In this document: positions 1 through 11,866 of the stretch, piece by piece
Layout of the letters: each line of letters opens with the position of its first letter
How positions within the stretch are numbered: position 1 is the stretch's first letter
Origin: Octopus sinensis
Lineage: Eukaryota
Assembly: GCF_006345805.1 (NCBI RefSeq)
Contig: NC_042997.1
Location: 96,100,001-96,164,000 of the forward strand
Direction of reading: 5' to 3'
DNA: 64,000 nucleotides
Program-made: the position numbers and the translations under genes
The notes under the pieces: model-generated
Seen by the model: only the letters and a program-made list of their open reading frames with translations
Told to the model about the DNA's origin: nothing
Database searches by the model: none

Positions 1-478
1 ATAGATTTCGTCACAGACTCAAGTACACTTAGGTTAAGAGTAACGAATTTAACCATCTCCTTGCTATTACCGACACATCCTTCCTTCCTTCGTCACTGAG
101 CACCCTGGTGACAAACTGTGCACAAATTATGCGCATGGCCAGGCCTTTAGGAATAAGTCTGTGTCCAGTGGCCACAACAACTCGCAACTGTATTCTTATT
201 GTTTTTATAGAGATGCGAAGGTTTTTATCCATACCAAATAGCAAATTTTCCCGGTCATCTCTGACGTTCTAATTACGCTCTACCTCTCATTGACACTCAC
301 CTCCTCTCTATCTCCCATAAACTTTATTTCAGCGAAAAACATCCTCGACACATAAAAAGTAACCCATCAGTAATCCGCAGCATTTCATATGTCTCTGTCG
401 CGTTCTTGCGCAATTTAACACAACACTTTATAATTTAGCGAGCATACAAATGTTTTGATGTCCCGACTACATCCTGTA
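1..478 (-). mobile_element. Tc1/mariner transposon 5' fragment (degenerate transposase N-terminus), running off the window edge
   Basis: Minus-strand translation gives IKCCVKLRKNATETYEML (mariner HTH start) and GHRLIPKGLAMRIICAQFVTRVLSDEG (similar to the K.CA(R/K)(W/F)VP(R/H).L motif); frameshifts present. The right boundary near 476-478 (TA) is tentative. Confidence 0.75.
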
Positions 479-694
479 TACCAGTAGTCTTGACAGGCGG
501 TGTTTAGTAGAGTGTATTCAACAAGCAGTTACAAAGATCCCTTTTAATCTAGAATAAAAACGATGGCAGGTTTACTTAAAGGATGTATAGTAATAATATA
601 CAAAAATTAAAATAGCAAAACCTCTCAAATTTCAAAGAATGCATCTCTTATACATGTCAATTAGCTGTGAGTGTGCTCGCAGGTGCTTGTGTGT

Positions 695-702
695 GTGTGT
701 GC

Positions 703-745
<43 letters not shown>

Positions 746-763
746 TATAAATAGGTATATATA

Positions 764-856
<93 letters not shown>

Positions 857-860
857 TTAT
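695..860. repeat. (TA)n microsatellite, representative of many TA/CA/TATG arrays across the window
   Basis: Read directly from the sequence. Such arrays produce the [18 protein letters not shown] ORFs in the track. Confidence 0.98.
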
Positions 861-949
861 ATGATTTGATTTGATCTAGCCTCAGCTCATGACCTCTGGC
901 ACTGCTGGGGCACCGCCATTTACTGTTGCTACATAATTTTACTTCATTA

Positions 950-1605
950 ATTCTTTAAAAGATTTGGTCCATGCAGGAGTTTGATGCCGCTGCTCTCATC
1001 TGTATCTCCTGCTGTGAAGTTGGTTTATCTGGGACACTTGACAGTAAGAGATCCAGTTTCAATTTGAAGACACCCACATTCACCCTATACAGACCTCTTA
1101 TGTCCTTCGGGATGTTATTGAAGAGCTGTGGTCCCCTAATAACCAAGATGCAGTATCTTGTCGAATATCTTGATGGCAAATTTGGAGTCCTTGGCACTAT
1201 GCAGTGGCGCCCTGTTCTAGTATTTGTGTAACTCTCGATGCCAAAGTTTGGGGCATGTCCTTCCAGTATCTTCCAGATATATATTATAGCAATTCGTGAG
1301 TCTTTCCCAGTAGCTTATATGCTGCACAGTAGCTATCTTCTTCGTGTAGATTCGTTGGATTGCCTCAAGTTCTGCAATTAATTTGACAATGGCTGGTGAC
1401 GATAGCTGAGAGTGATAGTCAAAGTGGCTTAGGATAAGTGTCATGCACAGGAACATCATGGTTTCCCGATCCCTTGTTCTAAAAGTTCTAAGAATCCACC
1501 CGGTGAGCCGCTTGCATTTCATTGCCACCTTAGCAATATGCACATGGAAGGATGCATCATTACTCATGTAAATGCCCAGGTCTCGCCGTGTCGCTGGGAT
1601 TGCAA
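950..1605 (-). mobile_element. CR1/L2-group non-LTR retrotransposon 3' fragment (RT C-terminal region)
   Basis: RDLGIYMSNDASFHVHIAKVAMKCKRLTGWILRTF...LEAIQRIYTKKI...SYWERL, then GPQLFNNIPKDIR...FKLKLDLLLSSVPDKP; typical CR1-group C-terminal motifs, frameshifted. Confidence 0.85.
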
Positions 1606-1699
1606 TCCCTCCTAAATAAGGATGCCAAGTGCTAGGGACACAAAAAAGGGATAAATTTATCGGGAGTGAAAATCAAAAACATTTACCAATAACGATACA

Positions 1700-1779
1700 T
1701 CCCGGACTGATATCAGTTTCTACCTCTTTCTAGCAAAACAGACAGAATATGTTTGCTAAGGCCGGTTTCATCAGCGAGA
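1700..1779 (-). ncRNA. Type I hammerhead ribozyme motif (family 1, left arm)
   Basis: UCUCG-CUGAUGA-A-ACC...GGU-A-GAAAC-UGAUAUCA-GUC-CGGGA: canonical core, 5-bp stem I, long stem II containing UAGCAAA/UUUGCUA, palindromic stem III ACUGAUAUCAGU. Confidence 0.8.
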
Positions 1780-2101
1780 ATCCTGAGTTAAATCGAGATG
1801 CGCAGAGTGTTAGACCATGTGTTGATTTAAACAACTTGCAGATCTTAACTTTTCAAATCTCTGCACAGACTCAACATCTACCCGGCGATATAGGGCATGC
1901 CGGGAAAAAATTTTACGAATAAATCTATCAAGTAATATGTGAATATAATCAAAAGGGTAATAATATAGATTACTACCAGTGGCCCAGCACAAAGGACGAA
2001 TTAGTCATTAGACAAAATATTATTCATATAGAAAGATATATGCAAGTTGTTTAGATCAACACATGGTCTAACACGCTGCGCATCTCGATTTAACTCAGGA
2101 T

Positions 2102-2181
2102 TCTCGCTGATGAAACCGGCCTTACCAAACATATTCTGTCTGTTTTGCTAGAAAGAGGTAGAAACTGATATCAGTCCGGGA
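2102..2181 (+). ncRNA. Type I hammerhead ribozyme motif (family 1, right arm)
   Basis: CTGATGA 2107-2113, GAAAC 2161-2165, GTC 2174-2176, stem I TCTCG (2102-2106) with CGGGA (2177-2181). Confidence 0.8.
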
Positions 2182-2301
2182 TGTATCGTTATTGGTAAAT
2201 GTTTTTGATTTTCACTCTCGATAAATTTATCCCTTTTTTGTGTCCCTAGCACTTGGCATCTTTATTTAGGAGCCCTTAATTATATTTATATTATATATAT
2301 A

Positions 2302-2333
<32 letters not shown>

Positions 2334-2487
2334 TACGTTTGTATGGTATTATTCCCATGCTGGCCACTTGATAATATCGATATTTAAACATCGATATTAT
2401 CCTTATATATAAATATATATATATATATATACATAGATAGATAGATATGTATGTGTATATATGTATATAAGTATATGCATTTATAAT

Positions 2488-2532
<45 letters not shown>

Positions 2533-2671
2533 GTATGTATATAAATGTATATATATATATATACATATGTATAAATATAAATATATGTATAATATATATA
2601 TATGTATATATGTATATTATACATACATATACAAAAGAATAAAAGAATATATTTATGTATATATATATATA

Positions 2672-2743
<72 letters not shown>

Positions 2744-3373
2744 TGTATGTATGTATGTATATAAGAAATTAAAGCAGGATAATTCAGACAATTTACAGAG
2801 TTTTAATATAATTCTTAATATATCGTATGGTTTTGCTTTCGCTGTTCATGACATTAAGATTTAATTATTTAAATATATATCTTCTCAAGAAGAAATTCTT
2901 TGGTCGATGTTGTGTGTGATATTTTGGAGTGATTTATCTGTATTGCGGGAACCGGATCTATAATTGAAAGAAATTAGCTCAAATTTAGTTACTCTAACTA
3001 AGAAAATCGATGTATTAAATTATCGTACCAGAGAAGAAACGGAAATTGAACACAGCAGACAGTCTAGAAAAAAAGGCTAGTGAAAATGTTCGAGAAACGT
3101 GCAGGTAACATCAGAAAAGGTTAATTAAAATGTTAGAGAAATGTCAAGGTAACATCAAACCAAATTTCACAGTATTCCCCTTATACTAGTGCAAAGATGC
3201 AATTTATCTACAAGAAAGTCGAAGTAAAAAAAACTTTTTTCATAAAAGAAATATAGAACGCATCTAAATATACACGCATAACAATCTTTGATTTATTTAC
3301 ATATCTGAAGTTACGATTCATTACTGTACATACATCTACCCACTAAACTAGTTTTTGTGAATGCATGTATATG

Positions 3374-3455
<82 letters not shown>

Positions 3456-3489
3456 TCTGCATATATACATTTAAATATATATATATGTC

Positions 3490-3790
3490 AATGTCTCCGT
3501 GTTTGTTTGTTACTTATATTCTCAGAAAATACTGGACCCATTTCAATGAAATCTGGAACACAATATCCAAGCGTAGGGAGAAGGGTAATGCTGTATGTGT
3601 CATACAATTTTTAGGAGGACTGAAGTGGGGGAAGAATACCCCGTAAAAATTCATATGCTTCGGATTCTGAGGAAATTTGAACCATAGGTATTAGAGAAAA
3701 ACTTTTTAAATATACCTACAATTTTCATTCCTTTTCATGATTCTAAGACCCCCTAATTCGAAATTAACCCCCTAATTTTAGTAATTAAAT
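3490..3790 (+). mobile_element. Possible non-autonomous Helitron/DINE-1-like fragment
   Basis: Contains GGACCCATTTCAATGAAATCTGG, resembling the CCGATTTCAATGAAATTTGG core of DINE-1/Helitron-type elements, after a TGTTTGTTTG run. A similar core occurs near 37850-37990. Termini not found. Confidence 0.35.
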
Positions 3791-3911
3791 ATGGACCAAA
3801 ATTACTGAATACATCTATATGATATTTGGAACTTAGATTCAAAGCATAAGGGCGGGTATAATGCAGTATGTTTGGTTTGAATTTGAGTAGGCTTATATGT
3901 GGCTTCGTGTT

Positions 3912-4241
3912 GGTGTCACGTAAAAGCACCCAGTCTATGCTGTAAAGTGTAGGCATTAGGAAGGGTATCCGACCGTTGAAACTATGCTATCGTTCGGTGC
4001 CACGTAAAATCACTCAACACATACTGTAAAATATTGGCAATAGGAAGGATTTCTAACCGTTAAAAATATGCTTCCGTGCAATGCCACGTAGAACACTCAG
4101 TCCACGCTGCAAAATGGTGGTGTTAGGAAGAGCAACCGACTACAAAAACATGACAAACCAGACGTAGCCCCTGGCTTCTTGGTCCCTGTCAAACTGTCCA
4201 ACCCATGCCAGCATGGAAAACAAACGTTAAATGATGATGAT
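3912..4241 (+). mobile_element. RTE-related SINE/LINE 3' region with a triplicated ~84-bp unit and an (ATG)n tail
   Basis: Units start at 3912, 3996 and 4080 (GGTGCCACGTAAAA...TAGGAAGG...CCGT..AAA); ends AAACGTTAAATGATGATGAT. Confidence 0.55.
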
Positions 4242-4314
4242 ATTCATATACATACATACACATATGATGTATATATGTATATGTGTGTGTATATGTATAT
4301 ATGATTGTATGTAT

Positions 4315-4506
4315 GTGGCTGTGTGGTAGGTAGCTTGTTTACCAACCACATGGTTCCGGATTCAGTCCCACTGCGTGGCACCTTGGGCGAGTATCTTGGA
4401 CTATAGCCTCGGGCCGAGCAAAGCCTTGTGAATGGATTTGGTAGACGGAAACTGAAAGAAGCCCGTCGTATATATGTATATATATCTATCTCTCTCTCTC
4501 TCTCTA

Positions 4507-4549
<43 letters not shown>

Positions 4550-4757
4550 TGTATGTTTGTGTGTCTGTGTTTGTCCCCCTAGCATTGCTTGACAACTGAT
4601 GGTGGTCTGTTTATGTCTCCGTCACTTATCGGTTCGGCAAAAGAGACCGATAAAATAAGTACTGGGCTTAGAAATAATAAGTCCCGGGGTCGAGTTGCTC
4701 GATTAAAAGCGGTGCTCCAGCATGGCCGCAGTCAAATGACTGAAACAAGTAAAAGAG
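4315..4757 (+). mobile_element. tRNA-derived SINE (octopus OR-type) with internal (TA)n
   Basis: Head GTGGCTGTGTGGTAGG...GGTTCCGGATTCAGTCCCAC (pol III A/B-box-like), tail ATGGCCGCAGTCAAATGACTGAAACAAGTAAAAGAG; the same sequence recurs at 38805 and 56736. Confidence 0.85.
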
Positions 4758-6096
4758 TATATATATGTGTATATATATATATATATATATACATATACAT
4801 ACATATATATATATATGTACACGTATGTATATATATATATGTAAGTATATATGCATGTACCTATGTATCTATGTATGTATGCATATATGTGTGTGATACG
4901 ACTCAGATGGTGTAGATTACGATTATATCGGAATTTGTTGTGTAAACCATTTTTATCTCTCTGTTAAATAAACTCAAATGTAGCCGGTCCTTAACGTGGT
5001 CGTTTAGTATGCTAGAAATAGTAGTTAAAAGGCATAAAAAAATAACAGTCACAATTCTGATCTCCTAATACGCCGCAAAAAGGAAAAATTCCTTTGCAGT
5101 CAGTATACTAGGAGCCGAGAGTTGTCGGTCGCACACGAAAAATAAAAAAAAGGAAGCGGCAAAAATATAACTCCGAGGTGAGAGATGGATACCGAGGGCT
5201 CACGTCACTCCGATTTAAGTGGAAAAAAAAGGCTTTGAGGTATATTAAGAGATGAGATTAGTTGATAGCACAATAAAAACGAAAATCGAAGAAAAACTAT
5301 TTCTCAGCTAAATGTTAAACTATAAATTTATATTAATCTAAACTACGCCTTTTAAAAATATTCCGGAAAAAATCGGAAAGAAATTTAACATGATCCCAAA
5401 GAAACTTTTATTCGTTGTAGTGTATTACGTTAAAAGAGACATATATAAAATGCAAATTGATAATAATTATTAATTAGACTTTTTTGTTAGCTGGTTATAT
5501 ACTAACTGATTATTTTTTCCTAATAAGCCCTGATCTCTATGGCAAGAGCTTTGTTTCTTACCTATAGGTTTCTGTATTTAGCACCAGTGTGTGACACCAA
5601 ATGTCTCCAATAATACATTTTATTTCCCCCAAAATAAACATATTATATAGAAACTAACACTCACAAAACATACGCACTCATATATACATACAACTCACCC
5701 ACAGCTCTCACCAACACACAAATATATATATATATATATTGAAAGCAGAGACGAACTATTGCCATCTCTAGCAGACAAGTTGTCCAGTACCGAAGAGTGG
5801 CAGAATTAGCCGAAACCAGGACTGGTCAACCGGTGCCGTCACTAGAGAGTAATAGGTGTTCGCTCCCTTGCTCACAATTTATCGGATACAGCTCTGTATC
5901 ATTAACAAGTTAGAGGAGATGTCCTCTTGGGGTTAAAAATCACAGCAGAGTCCGTTCGGACGGACGGACAGCCATGCTCAAATGGGTACGAATATTATGT
6001 ATGTATGTATGTATGTATGTATGTATGTATGTATGTATGATGTATGTATGTATGCATGTATGTATGTATGTATGCATGTATGTATGTATGTATGTA

Positions 6097-6198
<102 letters not shown>

Positions 6199-6724
6199 AG
6201 AGTTTACGAAAAAAAAATAGACGAAGACAGGTGTTGTACAAACAAACAGATCTATTAGTATAATACACACACACACGTATATATATTAATGTTTGTGTGT
6301 TCTTGTAAATGTACATGTGTAAGCACTGGCATTAGGGAAGTGTGTGAAATGAAGCGCTTACCCCTGAAGAGCATTAAAATATGTACAAACTGGAAGAAAA
6401 CTGAAATAATTTGGGCGGCGGTTTTGTGTTGGCCCCACTGTAGGTCTTTACTGTGATATGTAAAATGATTTGCTTTCAAATGAGAGCTAAAAATCAAGCC
6501 TTCACAGTTTACTTTACGTCCCTCAGTGGCACAAACATACATAAAGAATGTTGATGGAATAATTTTTGATCATTCGACCATGAACATTTTTATGGGGTTT
6601 CATTTATTTCAGGAATAACGATATTGCGTGAATAAAAATATTATGAAGGACCTATTTGAATTTCCAGCATGAACATGAATATCATTAATGTATTTAACAA
6701 CAAATGAACCACTAAACGTAATAA

Positions 6725-6940
6725 TGGTTTCTAATTTGGGCACAAGGCCAGCAATTTTGAGGTAGAGTTTAAGTCAATTATATCAACACCAGTGCTCATC
6801 GTGTTACTTATTCTATTCACTGTGAAAGGTGCTGAAAACAAAATTTGACCTCGGAGGATTTTGAACTCAGAGCGTGAAGGCGGACGAAATTTTGTTAAGC
6901 ATTTTACTAGGCGTGTTAACGGTTCAGCCAGCTCGCTACC
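6725..6940 (-). mobile_element. tRNA-derived SINE, second family (octopus OK-type), diverged
   Basis: Homologous to the copies at 14391, 14625, 49737 and 62516 (GACCTCGG..GATTTTGAACTC...TTAACG...GCCAGCTCGC). Confidence 0.75.
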
Positions 6941-7076
6941 ATTCCAATAACGCATAATAATAAACTATAATACTGCTTCTTTGTGGACTACAAACTTTTT
7001 AAAACTATAAATTTTATATTGCTGAAAATAGTAACTGAGTACAATGATCTTGGTAACTATACAGTAGATATATGCG

Positions 7077-7319
7077 ACTCTTCTTCTTCTTCTTCTTCTT
7101 CTTCTTCTTCTTCTTCTTCTTCTTCTTCTTCTTCTTCTTCTTCTTCTTCTTCTACTCCTTCCTCTTCTGCTGCTGCTGCTGCTCCTCCTCCTCCTATCCT
7201 CTTCGTTCTTTTCCTGGTCCTTCTCTTGCTCATACTTCCCTTCCATCTCTTCCTCCTACTCCATCTCCTTCTTCTACTTGTTTTAATCACCATCATCATC
7301 GTCGTCGTTGTTGTTGTTG

Positions 7320-7365
<46 letters not shown>

Positions 7366-7385
7366 CATTATTATTATTATTATCA

Positions 7386-7483
<98 letters not shown>

Positions 7484-7492
7484 TCCATCACG
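7077..7492. repeat. Compound trinucleotide array (CTT)n-(GCT)n-(CCT)n-(CAT/GTC/GTT)n-(ATT)n
   Basis: Read directly; triplet phase is kept across about 415 bp. Confidence 0.95.
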
Positions 7493-9326
7493 ATAATGAA
7501 GATTTTAATGGCAGCTGTGAAATCTATGTAAACGACGGTGATGGTGTCAGTGATGAAAATGTTGATATCACATTAAGTCAGTGAAAAATAAATAAGCTGA
7601 GGATGATTCCATTCAGTCAGTTTGGTATATCTCACGGCGGCTTTATAACAATGGAATCATTATAAGTCTAAGTAGCCATTTACGAGTAAATCCTTTCCAT
7701 AATAGAAATATATTGCCTCTTTTACAAATATTTTCTTTGTCTTTCTAATCTTTCTAATCTTTTAGCGTCTAACTCCCTGTTAAAAGAGGATATATACACT
7801 TCCAACCAAAACCACTTATAAGAAAACTTCAATTACCTTCGAGGTATTTTCAAGATATCTATTATTGTTACTATAGACCTGAAGGATTGTCAAATATATT
7901 GCTTAGTTCCTACTTGTCATGAATTTCAATGGAGATATTTTAATTCGTTTTCCTGTGTTATCAATAAGTTTGGAAAAATTGTACTTTTCACATTATTATA
8001 TTTCCAATCGCTTGTGCATGTAAGACTGTGTGCAGATTTAAAAGAATGTCATATTTCCGATTGTATTCAATCCAAATACTTTAACTTACTTAAATCTATG
8101 GAATGTCTTGAATGGCAAAATCCGAATCCATTTCCGTTTCGTATATGTTGTAATATTCTTCATGTATTAATGTTTATTGTTAATCATTTTCTTCTTATTT
8201 ACAGGGAGGTTATCATAAACATAACAGTGTAGCATAGACGGTTTTTACAAAGATTTTAAATGCATTGCAAATTAACTGAAATATTTTCAGCTTCATATCC
8301 AGTCCGCAGTTTTGCATACAAAATACTAGAAATATTTCAACGTGACGAGTATTGTAAAAAGTTACGGGCAAAGAGGTGATAAAGTGATGTCTTTCCAAAG
8401 CCGTTTTCAATTTTAGACAGTCAGTGTTATGAGTGAACAAAATATATATCAGTTGAATAGCGTACATATAAGCGTGATTCTATCGGCTTCATAAGGGGCT
8501 AAGTTTATCAGGTATGCTTGATAAATTTGGTCGTTCATGAAGCTGAAGTAACAGTAGTGCTCCAGAATAATGGAATCAGAAAGAAAAATTATATCAATTT
8601 ATGCATAGCCAATTTAAAAGCTAAACAGTCATAACATAATTCGGTAAGTTTTGGATTGATCAATTCCTGGTTTAGTTAAGTAACTTTTCCGTCATCAGCA
8701 AAACACACTGAGCGAAAAAAATGAAAATATCTATACATGCTCTTAGAAAGGCACACACAAAATGCGAATACATATAAATATTCACAAACATATTCGCATC
8801 GAATTTCGCAGTCCACCTCAACAGTCTACTTTAATGCTTTCAACTTGTGTGATAATCTGTGTAAGGAATATTTGAAGTGGTAGGACATATTTGACGTGTT
8901 CTTTCAACATATAGAAATAATAGCCCTTAAGTATAATTGTAACCTATAAAATTATATATCTCTATAAATATATTTTGCCTAAAAGGATTTTGTATGCAGG
9001 CCTCTGATAAAATTCATAAATTTAATGATTTATCCTCTATGTTTTAAATATAAGTTCGGGTTAGTTTATTTACCTCTGTAATACACTGACCGAATACACA
9101 CGTGTTGAGGTAGTCTGTGAATTTCGATACGTGTATATTTATTTCGCTGTGTGTGTTTTGCTGACCAATACAAAACTAAATGAATTATTTTATGAAATTT
9201 GAGCCAGTCTGCTTTCACGCTTTAAACTTGTGGAGTGGCTATTTGAAGGCGGTAGGACGTATTCGGTGTGATCTTTCAATATATAAGCATAATAGCTTTT
9301 GTACCCTATACAATTATATATATATT

Positions 9327-9372
<46 letters not shown>

Positions 9373-9605
9373 CATACACATGTATGTATGGATGTATATT
9401 TGTATATATCATACTAATCTTGTTTATCGTCATTACTATTTTCATGTCGGCTCAAATGGATTTTTCCTATAGTCACTCTTTACCCCGGGATCTTAGTCCT
9501 CGATATAGACATCAAAGTATAAGTTCAAATCATTTGAGTTCCATACGTGTCTCTTATGTTGGGCATCTCCTAGATCGCACCTCACGATCATATATATATA
9601 TATAT

Positions 9606-9707
<102 letters not shown>

Positions 9708-9974
9708 AGTTGCCAACTCGATTTCGAGTAGAGCCATTGCCTGGTTTCTTTATGCTCTAGAATATCATCGATGAGCTACACGAATATGTCTTTTGAGGCC
9801 TGCCAGAGATTTACATGCTTTTTGACAATTAGGGCAAGAAAACTAGGTGATTGTATAGTTTACAGCTGCATGAACTTTACGATGCGTTTTCAAGTCATTT
9901 TTGATCTGCATATTTTATGACAGAGTATTCATTCCAAATCATCTGTCCATCAATAATCAATGTGCGTTTATGCA

Positions 9975-10515
9975 ATGCGTGATTTCATATGGATCATTAG
10001 CCCAGCCCTGCTAAGACAGATCTTTCCACTTTCAAACATGTAGGATCATCATATTCATTAATGCTTGTTAGAATATCATTACTGTCAATTTTTCTCATGT
10101 TTATCTTTGCATGCTCCATTCTCTTCTTTTGAAATTAATTTTTGCCTTTATACACAACTTTTTTCCGTTTTTCTCAGCAGTGCGCTAAATCTTCCCATTT
10201 GCCAATAGGAACATTTATCGTATTCAATTCCTTTTTCAGACAATCTTTGTACCTCAACTTTGGTTTGTGGGACAGACGCTTACCTGTTACCAATTCTCCG
10301 TAAAAATGTTGTTTAGGCATTCTGTTGTAAGTCATTCTGATTAAGCGTCCCCTCCATTTCAATCTATACTGCAATAGCAAAGCTTCAATAATGAAGCATT
10401 TTCCTCTTCCAAGCACCTCATTGTCACTCACAAGCATTTTCCAGCTGCTCTTCAAAATCCTTCTAAGACATTGTTGATGAAAATGTTCCATAAGTTTTAA
10501 GTGCTCACGATACAC
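9975..10515 (-). mobile_element. RTE-clade LINE 3' fragment
   Basis: LMEHFHQQCLRRILKSSW...RLKWRGRLIRM...RMPKQHFYGEL..GKR...KPKLRYKDCLK, and the terminal zinc-finger remnant GKICLSRAGLMIHMKS near 9975-10030. Confidence 0.9.
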
Positions 10516-10844
10516 AGTCGTATATATCTATGTGTGTGTGTATATATATATTATATATATATAATTAATTAATAAGGGTGAAAGAATTAGATACTAATTT
10601 AATAGTATATTTATTCAACACCAAGTGGCCTAGTGCTACGAGAAACTGGATTATTATAATATTTTATAAATATTATAATATTTTTACAAAATAAAATAAT
10701 AAGAGGTGGTCAATATATTGCTCACTCTAGCACCAGTTATCCAAAAGGTTTCAACCACGAAGATACATGCTTCCCATGAAAGCCAGTACGACTGTTAGCT
10801 CACACGGACAGGGCAAGTAAAAAATAACAAAAATACAGATTATT

Positions 10845-10922
10845 TTGGGACAATTGTTTCGCTATTAATGAATTAAATGTAATATTACTTACAAAAAAAT
10901 CCATTTGTAGCTCGTCAGCCAA
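10845..10922 (-). ncRNA. Type I hammerhead ribozyme motif (family 2, copy A)
   Basis: UUGG-CUGACGA-GCUA...UAGC-GAAAC-AAUU-GUC-CCAA: canonical core, all three stems pair. Confidence 0.85.
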
Positions 10923-11379
10923 GACTATCTGGATGAAATCCACTCAATCACACGCCAGATTTTACCATAACGATAAATACGCGTGTGGTTCAATTGATTA
11001 CATCCGACGTTATAATTCAAATGCCCCAACCAACAGCGCGCCAAACTTTCACGGAAAACAAATACAGCATTTAGAAATAAATGCAGCATAATTATAATTA
11101 ATTAATAAGGGTGAAAGAATTAGATACTAATTTAATAGTATATTTATTCAACACCAAGTGGCCTAGTGCTACGAGAAACCTGGATTATTATAATATTTTA
11201 TAACATATTATAATATTTTTACAAAATAAATATAAGAGAGTGGTCAATATATTGCTCACTCTAGCACCAGTTAATCCAAAAGGTTTCAACCACGAAGATA
11301 CATGCTTCCCATGAAAGCCAGTACGACTGTTAGCTCACACGGACAGGGCAAGTAAAAAATAACAAAAATACAGATTATT

Positions 11380-11456
11380 TTGGGACAATTGTTTCGCTAT
11401 TATGAATTAAATGTAATATTACTTACAAAAAAATCCATTTGTAGCTCGTCAGCCAA
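11380..11456 (-). ncRNA. Type I hammerhead ribozyme motif (family 2, copy B)
   Basis: Same as copy A with a 1-nt deletion in the stem II internal loop. Confidence 0.85.
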
Positions 11457-11632
11457 GACTATCTGGATGAAATCCACTCATCACACGCCAGATTTTACCA
11501 TAACGATAAATACGCGTGTGGTTCAATTGATTACATCCGACGTTATAATTCAAATGCCCCAACCAACAGCGCGCCAAACTTTCATTATGGTAAAATCTGG
11601 CGTGTGATTGAGTGGATTTCATCCAGATAGTC

Positions 11633-11710
11633 TTGGCTGACGAGCTACAAATGGATTTTTTTGTAAGTAATATTACATTTAATTCATTAATAGCGAAACA
11701 ATTGTCCCAA
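11633..11710 (+). ncRNA. Type I hammerhead ribozyme motif (family 2, inverted copy C)
   Basis: TTGG 11633-36, CTGACGA 11637-43, GCTA 11644-47 with TAGC 11691-94, GAAAC 11695-99, GTC 11704-06, CCAA 11707-10. Confidence 0.85.
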
Positions 11711-11866
11711 AATAATCTGTATTTTTGTTATTTTTTACTTGCCCTGTCCGTGTGAGCTAACAGTCGTACTGGCTTTCATGGGAAGCATGTATCTTCGTGG
11801 TTGAAACCTTTTGGATTAACTGGTGCTAGAGTGAGCAATATATTGACCACTCTCTTATATTTATTT

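Larger units (their letters stand above)
1609..2272. mobile_element. Penelope-like terminal-repeat (pLTR) inverted pair: 232-bp arms 1609-1840 and 2041-2272, 200-bp spacer, one hammerhead per arm
   Basis: Arms align with 5 substitutions and no indels. The spacer, read on the minus strand, gives RRVDVESVQRFEKLRSASCLNQ, resembling a GIY-YIG C-terminal R..E...LN ending. The right arm runs into (TA)n. Confidence 0.75.

Noticed and set aside
4315-4400. SINE heads as functional tRNA genes
   Set aside because: A/B-box-like motifs are present but there is no complete cloverleaf, and they continue into SINE bodies.
4975-5010. GCCGGTCC as part of a twister ribozyme
   Set aside because: The remaining twister stems and pseudoknots could not be formed.
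6361-6430. QIISVFFQFVHILMLFR followed by a GTAAG donor as a GPCR TM1 exon
   Set aside because: The splice phase and upstream residues do not fit the class B TM1 pattern, and the intervening ectodomain exons are missing.
6983-7584. Long poly-S/A/P/L/V/I and poly-E/R ORFs as protein-coding genes
   Set aside because: They are a by-product of stop-free trinucleotide repeats; no splice or homology support.
8660-8705. CTGATGA on the minus strand
   Set aside because: No correctly placed GAAA, stem III or GUH.
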